In this document: positions 59,130-64,000 of the stretch, piece by piece
How the letters are laid out: each line of letters opens with the position of its first letter
Position numbering within the stretch: the stretch's first letter is position 1
Assembly: GCA_049724395.1 (NCBI GenBank)
Contig: JAUGWO010000042.1
Span: 310,001 to 374,000, forward strand
Source of the DNA: Spongospora subterranea f. sp. subterranea
Lineage: Eukaryota
Length of the DNA: 64,000 bases
Reading direction: 5' to 3'
Translations under genes and position numbers: made by a program
Notes under the pieces: generated by a model
Database searches by the model: none
What the model was told of the DNA's origin: nothing
The model's input: only the letters and a program-made list of their open reading frames with translations

Positions 59130-60390
59130 TGAACAATCGTCCATGAACTGCTCAACTACTGCTCTCAGCAGTTCTTTCATTTATTTGTGACCGCGAATGA
59201 AAGATAGATAGCCTCGAGCGTCGGTGGGGAGGATACAATATCAAGATAAACTAACATTCCAATCTCGGTTTCGTACCAATAGCTTTGAGGCTGGCTGGGT
59301 TGACGTCAATGTCTTTAAGCTGGCTCATTACGGCATCTCCTGACATTGTGAGGAACTCGGCAATGGAATCACGGGCCAGCAACATGACCATTTCGCTGCT
59401 TTTGAGCACCACTCGTTGGAACACCGAGTAGTTTGGAAGTGGGTCCCCTTTCCTGAAATCCTGACGAGGTTTCCAGTAAGAGGATTTCTGCGATCGGGAT
59501 GGGGTAAACAATTGAATCTAATCAACTTCTCAATCGAAGACCTAAGAATCTGATATCACTTCGTGATGTCCCTTCTAGCTGAAATTGCAGTAGTTAGCAG
59601 CTGACGATCGAGGTCTTCTCCCAATCTTAATGGGTATAATGCTTCTACCATCGACTTGACCTCTTCGTTAACTAGTTTGGTCATTTCCCAAGTTCAGTGA
59701 TTGTCTTGCGGGACGGCACAATCAAGGCACATCACGTACATGATATGTGTGTGGATTGAATTGAATGGGATGGAACATCGTCCGACCGTCGACGTTCGCG
59801 ACACAGAAATTTAAACAGGTCTTCGTCGTCCATTGTCGACATGTCAGACCGTGGCCGATCTAATTCTATGGTCAATGATGAGTCGTAACCTTTGTACAAC
59901 GACAGCTTTGGACGTTGAAGGATCTCTGAAATTGTGGAGCGCTTGTCGATAGCGCTATTACCGACTACCGTATTCCCTGGTTTCGTTTTCTGTTCAAAAT
60001 ATGTAGTAATTAGACGGCGAGATGAGTTCAACATTATGTCACAGCCATTACTAAAGGACATGGACTCAATCCTTTTCAAGAGCTGACGCTTGCACAAAAG
60101 GAACAGTTTTTCCTAGGCCATTCCGTTCCTCTTGATCTTTTCCTGAAAAATGTTCTGGGCTCATTTGGGCAAAACAGTCGATGATCTCTAGTATTGTAAA
60201 TAACAAATCTGGCATTCCTGACATCTTGGACGACAAAATAGGGGAGAACCAGTTGTGAAATCACCTGAATTGGAAGGCATTTTTGACCGAATGGATTCAA
60301 CGTCAAGAACACCGAGTGATCTTGACCTAAAAACTGAAAAATAAAAGCTCAATATTTTGCTGATCGACCAAAACTCTGGGTCAAGATCAT
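59130..60390 (-). CDS. Hypothetical multi-exon protein (boundaries approximate)
   Basis: Several minus-strand ORF pieces separated by intron-sized gaps. Confidence 0.4.
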
Positions 60391-60595
60391 CGTTATATCG
60401 GGTGACAGTGGTCCGTTCATCTCATTGAATGTCTTGAAATCTAATTTTTAGCCGGTTCCGGTTAAAATCATTATGAATACAAGAAAAACCTATTTGATAA
60501 CCCATAGAACGCAATCAATGGACATACTGACAATCAACTACAATAGAGGCTACACTGTGTTGTTTGAGCACATGAAAACCACTGTTTACAAACGA

Positions 60596-60818
60596 GATTT
60601 CCATTTGCATCGGTCTTTAGCCTGTAGCACCATTTTCCTCCTATCGCCCTCTGGCCAATAGGCAGCTCTGCGATTTTCCACGTGTCGTTTTGCTCCAGCG
60701 ATTCCATCTCTTCGTTCATGGCGCGTTTCCAGTCGACGGAGCCGGCTCCAGTTATTGCAGCTTCATAAGTCGAGATGTTCGCTTCTTTGAGGGGCACCTT
60801 CCCCGAGAGAAAGCCCAC
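60596..60818 (-). mobile_element. Ty1/copia RT N-terminal fragment (inverted copy)
   Basis: WKRAMNEEMESLEQNDTW..LPIGQRAIGGKWCYRLKTDANG. Confidence 0.85.
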
Positions 60819-60989
60819 TCCACCCGCTCACGACGAACCAGACACGTCTAACGACGAGTTGGATGACGACTACATGCAGGTACCCGCAGGAAACGCAGCC
60901 AAATTACCGACCGACAAGCGAGTTAGATTACTGGAAAATAGACGAGTACCGCCACAACGCGAGCAGGTCATGATCGCAACGACAAGCGA

Positions 60990-61938
60990 ACCTATGAAGC
61001 TGCAATAACTGGAGCCGACTCCGTCGACAGGAAGCGCGCCATGAACGAAGAAATGGAATCGCTGAAGCAAAACGACACGTGGATAATCGCAGAGCTGCCC
61101 ATTGGCCAGAGGGCAATAGGAGGAAAATGGTGCTATAGACTCAAGACCGATGCAAATGAAAATCCGATTCGATACAAGGCGAGATTCGTAGCGCAAGGCT
61201 TCTCGCAACAACAGGGAATCGATTAGCGCGGAAAGGCATTCACCAATGGCCCACATGATGAATATAGGGACACTCTTGAGACATCGCTGCAATTAAGGAC
61301 ATGGAGGAGGTAGGTGGATTCAGTTTACCTCGACGGCGAATTGAGCGACGATTATTTTATTTTATCCTAATTTTACTAACCATTGTTTAAATACCAACTA
61401 AAAACCACAAATTATATAAAAAACTAAAAAACCCCAAAAAAACCCGATTTATGTCAAGCAGGAGCCCGGATACGATGTTTGTGGAACCGATGGCAGGCCC
61501 CTATTTTACAAGATGAAGAAGGCACTCAAGCAGAGCGGACGCACCTGGTGGAAACAGATCGACGGTTACTTGAAGGACCTAGGATTCACTAGCACGCCGA
61601 GCAATCCATGCATTTACTCGAACGGACCCGAACTTATGATTGGATTATACGTCGACGACATCACAGGTGTGGCCCTAGATATCCAGGCCTTATACAAGCT
61701 TCAGACCGACCTCGAACAAAAATATAAAATCAAGCCACTAGGAAGAGTTGAGTACATTCTAGGGATCAAGGTTGAAAGAAAGCGACAGGAACGAACAATG
61801 AAACTTACGCAGACAACATACGCAAAGAGGGTGCTCGTGCGCTTCGGAATGACGGATTGCAGCCCAGCACCGGCGCCGTACTCGCCAACGAAAACTGTGA
61901 ACACCGACGGCCAACAAGACGAACCCGCGAGGCGGTAA
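60990..61938 (+). mobile_element. Ty1/copia reverse transcriptase remnant
   Basis: MNEEMESLKQNDTW, RYKARFVAQGFSQQQGID*, LKQSGRTW, GLYVDDI; stops, frameshifts and an insertion. Confidence 0.92.
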
Positions 61939-61973
61939 ACTTGGAATGACCAATGGGTCGATGGGTCGATGAC

Positions 61974-62019
61974 AGTGGGGTGAGTGACCCCCTCCTAGTG
62001 GGGTGAGTGACCCCCTCCT
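61974..62019. repeat. 23-bp tandem duplication
   Basis: agtggggtgagtgaccccctcct twice in tandem. Confidence 0.9.
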
Positions 62020-62148
62020 AAGTGGTACTGTCGATATATCCGACTGACAAGTGCCAACGACTCCCTTTCCTCTATGACATATTCCCTAATCCTCTACCTA
62101 GGTAGTTCTCCCAATCCATTATCGGTCACAGGTTGATTCATTCTGCAC

Positions 62149-63714
62149 ATGGTGTTGAGGGGAGTCCCTGATCTGCCTGTTTATGCCAACCGCTAGGATT
62201 GGGGATAATGTCCATCCGATATTAGGGCAGCTGCTTCAACAGCGAGGTTTTCGCCTCGCATGTGAAACACACGATCTTATCTGATGGTACTAATTCAGGA
62301 TGGGAAATTGCATCTGGTAAATGCCAGGATTGGCAGTTAAATTGGCAGCACAGCCGCTTTCCAATTTTACAATATGCCGATTGTCGCGGAGAGCAGCTCC
62401 TAAACCGCTTTCGAAATGCGCATGGAATAACAAGGAAGGTTGGAAGAGTTTTGAAGAAACCTGTCCATGAATAAAGTGTTAATCTGTTAGGATTGTTTAG
62501 CAAGGCATCTTCGACGTATGAAGAGCACATATGGGAATATCTATAGCTTCAGTCCCTGTACGTATATAATGCCCAGAGAGCGCCATCAATTGGTACTTCA
62601 GCTGACTGATCCTCGTGTAAGGGTTTGCTGCTCCAACCCTACGACGCCGCCATGTTTTGAATTGAAATTGCTTGCTGGCAGATATGGATCGTGAAACCCT
62701 GCGCCTCCAGCCAAGGCAGAGATATATATGTGTGTTGCAGTGCAGATCTGAAATCCCAAGACCTCTCTAGAGTGTCGTGTATAGTCCAGGAATATATCCC
62801 TCATCCAATGCTCGTATCTGGATATAAATTCGATCTTCGCCTTTACGTCCTGGTCAGGTCCTTTCAGCCATTGCGCCTGTATTTATATAGGCGTGGGCTC
62901 ACCAGATTCTCGTCAGAAAGGTGTTGCTGAGCTAGGTTCATTATCTTTATGTTGAAAAATATGGGTTAGATACAGCCTAGATATATCCTCCTTGGGGAAT
63001 GTTTATAGCCATTTGACCAACAGCTCCATAAACAAGCACAGTCCATCATTGGGTCAGGATAAGGATGGAATAGGCATTGGATGTAAATGGACTGCGGCGC
63101 GCCTCTATCTTCATCTAGCTCAGTCTGGGTTTGATGTTGACCGTCTAAAACGTAGGTCGGTCATCACCAATTCTAACGTCGGCTCTCTTAACTGAATCAT
63201 TTCTTATCAGGATTCGCCATTTGATTATTCTGACATTTGCCAGCATTTGCCAGGAAGTGGATCCGAATCCACACTGCTTTGAGCTATTTGGCGTTGACAT
63301 TCTTATTGATAATCGAGCAAAACCGTATGTGATCCTCATTCCTATTTCGATTATGAACTGACCGTTTTCTTATCAGCTGGCTAATCGAAGTCAACTCATC
63401 TCCCGCTTTGGCGGTATCTTGTGAGGAAGATCAACAAGTCAAAATAGTACGAGCATGTCTGTGTTCAGATAAGTCACATACTAATGTTTTATTTTTTTCA
63501 GCCGATGTTGAACGATTTGTTTGATTCGATTGGTTTTACACATCCCGTGTTGACTGGACAGCGATCAAACGAATTTGATCAAATTTTTCCTATACCGAAC
63601 TTGTCTACGGCTAATGGCTCGAAGAATAAAGCTAATATGTCATCGAAGTCGTGCGTTGATGCCGTAAGGAAAGACATTAAGAAAACTCGAAACATGAATA
63701 AGTTGGGCGAGTGA
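62149..63714 (+). CDS. Tubulin-tyrosine-ligase-like polyglutamylase (TTLL family), multi-exon; start approximate
   Basis: WIVKPCASSQGRDI, IVQEYIPHPMLVSGYKFDLRLYVLV, HLTNSSINK, CFELFGVDILID, WLIEVNSSPAL. Confidence 0.92.
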
Positions 63715-64000
63715 AGTCCATCGAATTCATGAGTTCACCCGTATATATATATATATACAAAATAAACGGAACCGTTGAAAATCGTCAAGATTGCATCGGA
63801 GTGTACTCGGCGATTTGTAATATCAGGTTTAGATATTTACAGAATATCAGTCCCCTTATCTGCAAGTTTAAAGTTCGTGTTCGATGCTGTCGCACACATT
63901 CCATTCGACTGTGGAATTCAGAGGGCGAAGGCATTACCGAGTAGATGGCGAAGCGGACAGATGGAACTTTTTGATGCATCATGATTCCTCGTCAAACATT

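Overview
Gene-dense eukaryotic (protist-like) genomic DNA with many short (~50-80 nt) GT-AG introns. A compact parasite genome such as a phytomyxid is a guess, not shown by the sequence. Recognisable housekeeping genes: LMBR1-family protein, RPA12, LETM1, TMEM147, phosphoenolpyruvate mutase, WDR3/UTP12, an oxysterol-binding protein, GIGYF-like protein, eIF2-beta, NAE1/APPBP1, a cyclic-nucleotide-binding protein and a TTLL. These are interspersed with decayed Ty3/gypsy, Ty1/copia and PIF/Harbinger remnants. The most striking content is three apparently unusual channel fusions. Two tandem minus-strand paralogues (23275-29379, which I can splice into an intact 1930-aa ORF, and 31638-37455) join a conserved N-terminal domain and two TM-flanked dCache-like sensor modules to a complete two-pore-channel (TPC)-like 2x6TM unit with charge-poor S4 segments, a candidate chemosensory ligand-gated channel. 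The third is an MLO-family protein spliced in frame to a C-terminal voltage-sensor-like domain (5641-8431). A spliced PEP mutase with the EDKxxxxxNS motif implies capacity for phosphonate (C-P bond) biosynthesis. All domain calls are by eye from motifs; no searches were run.
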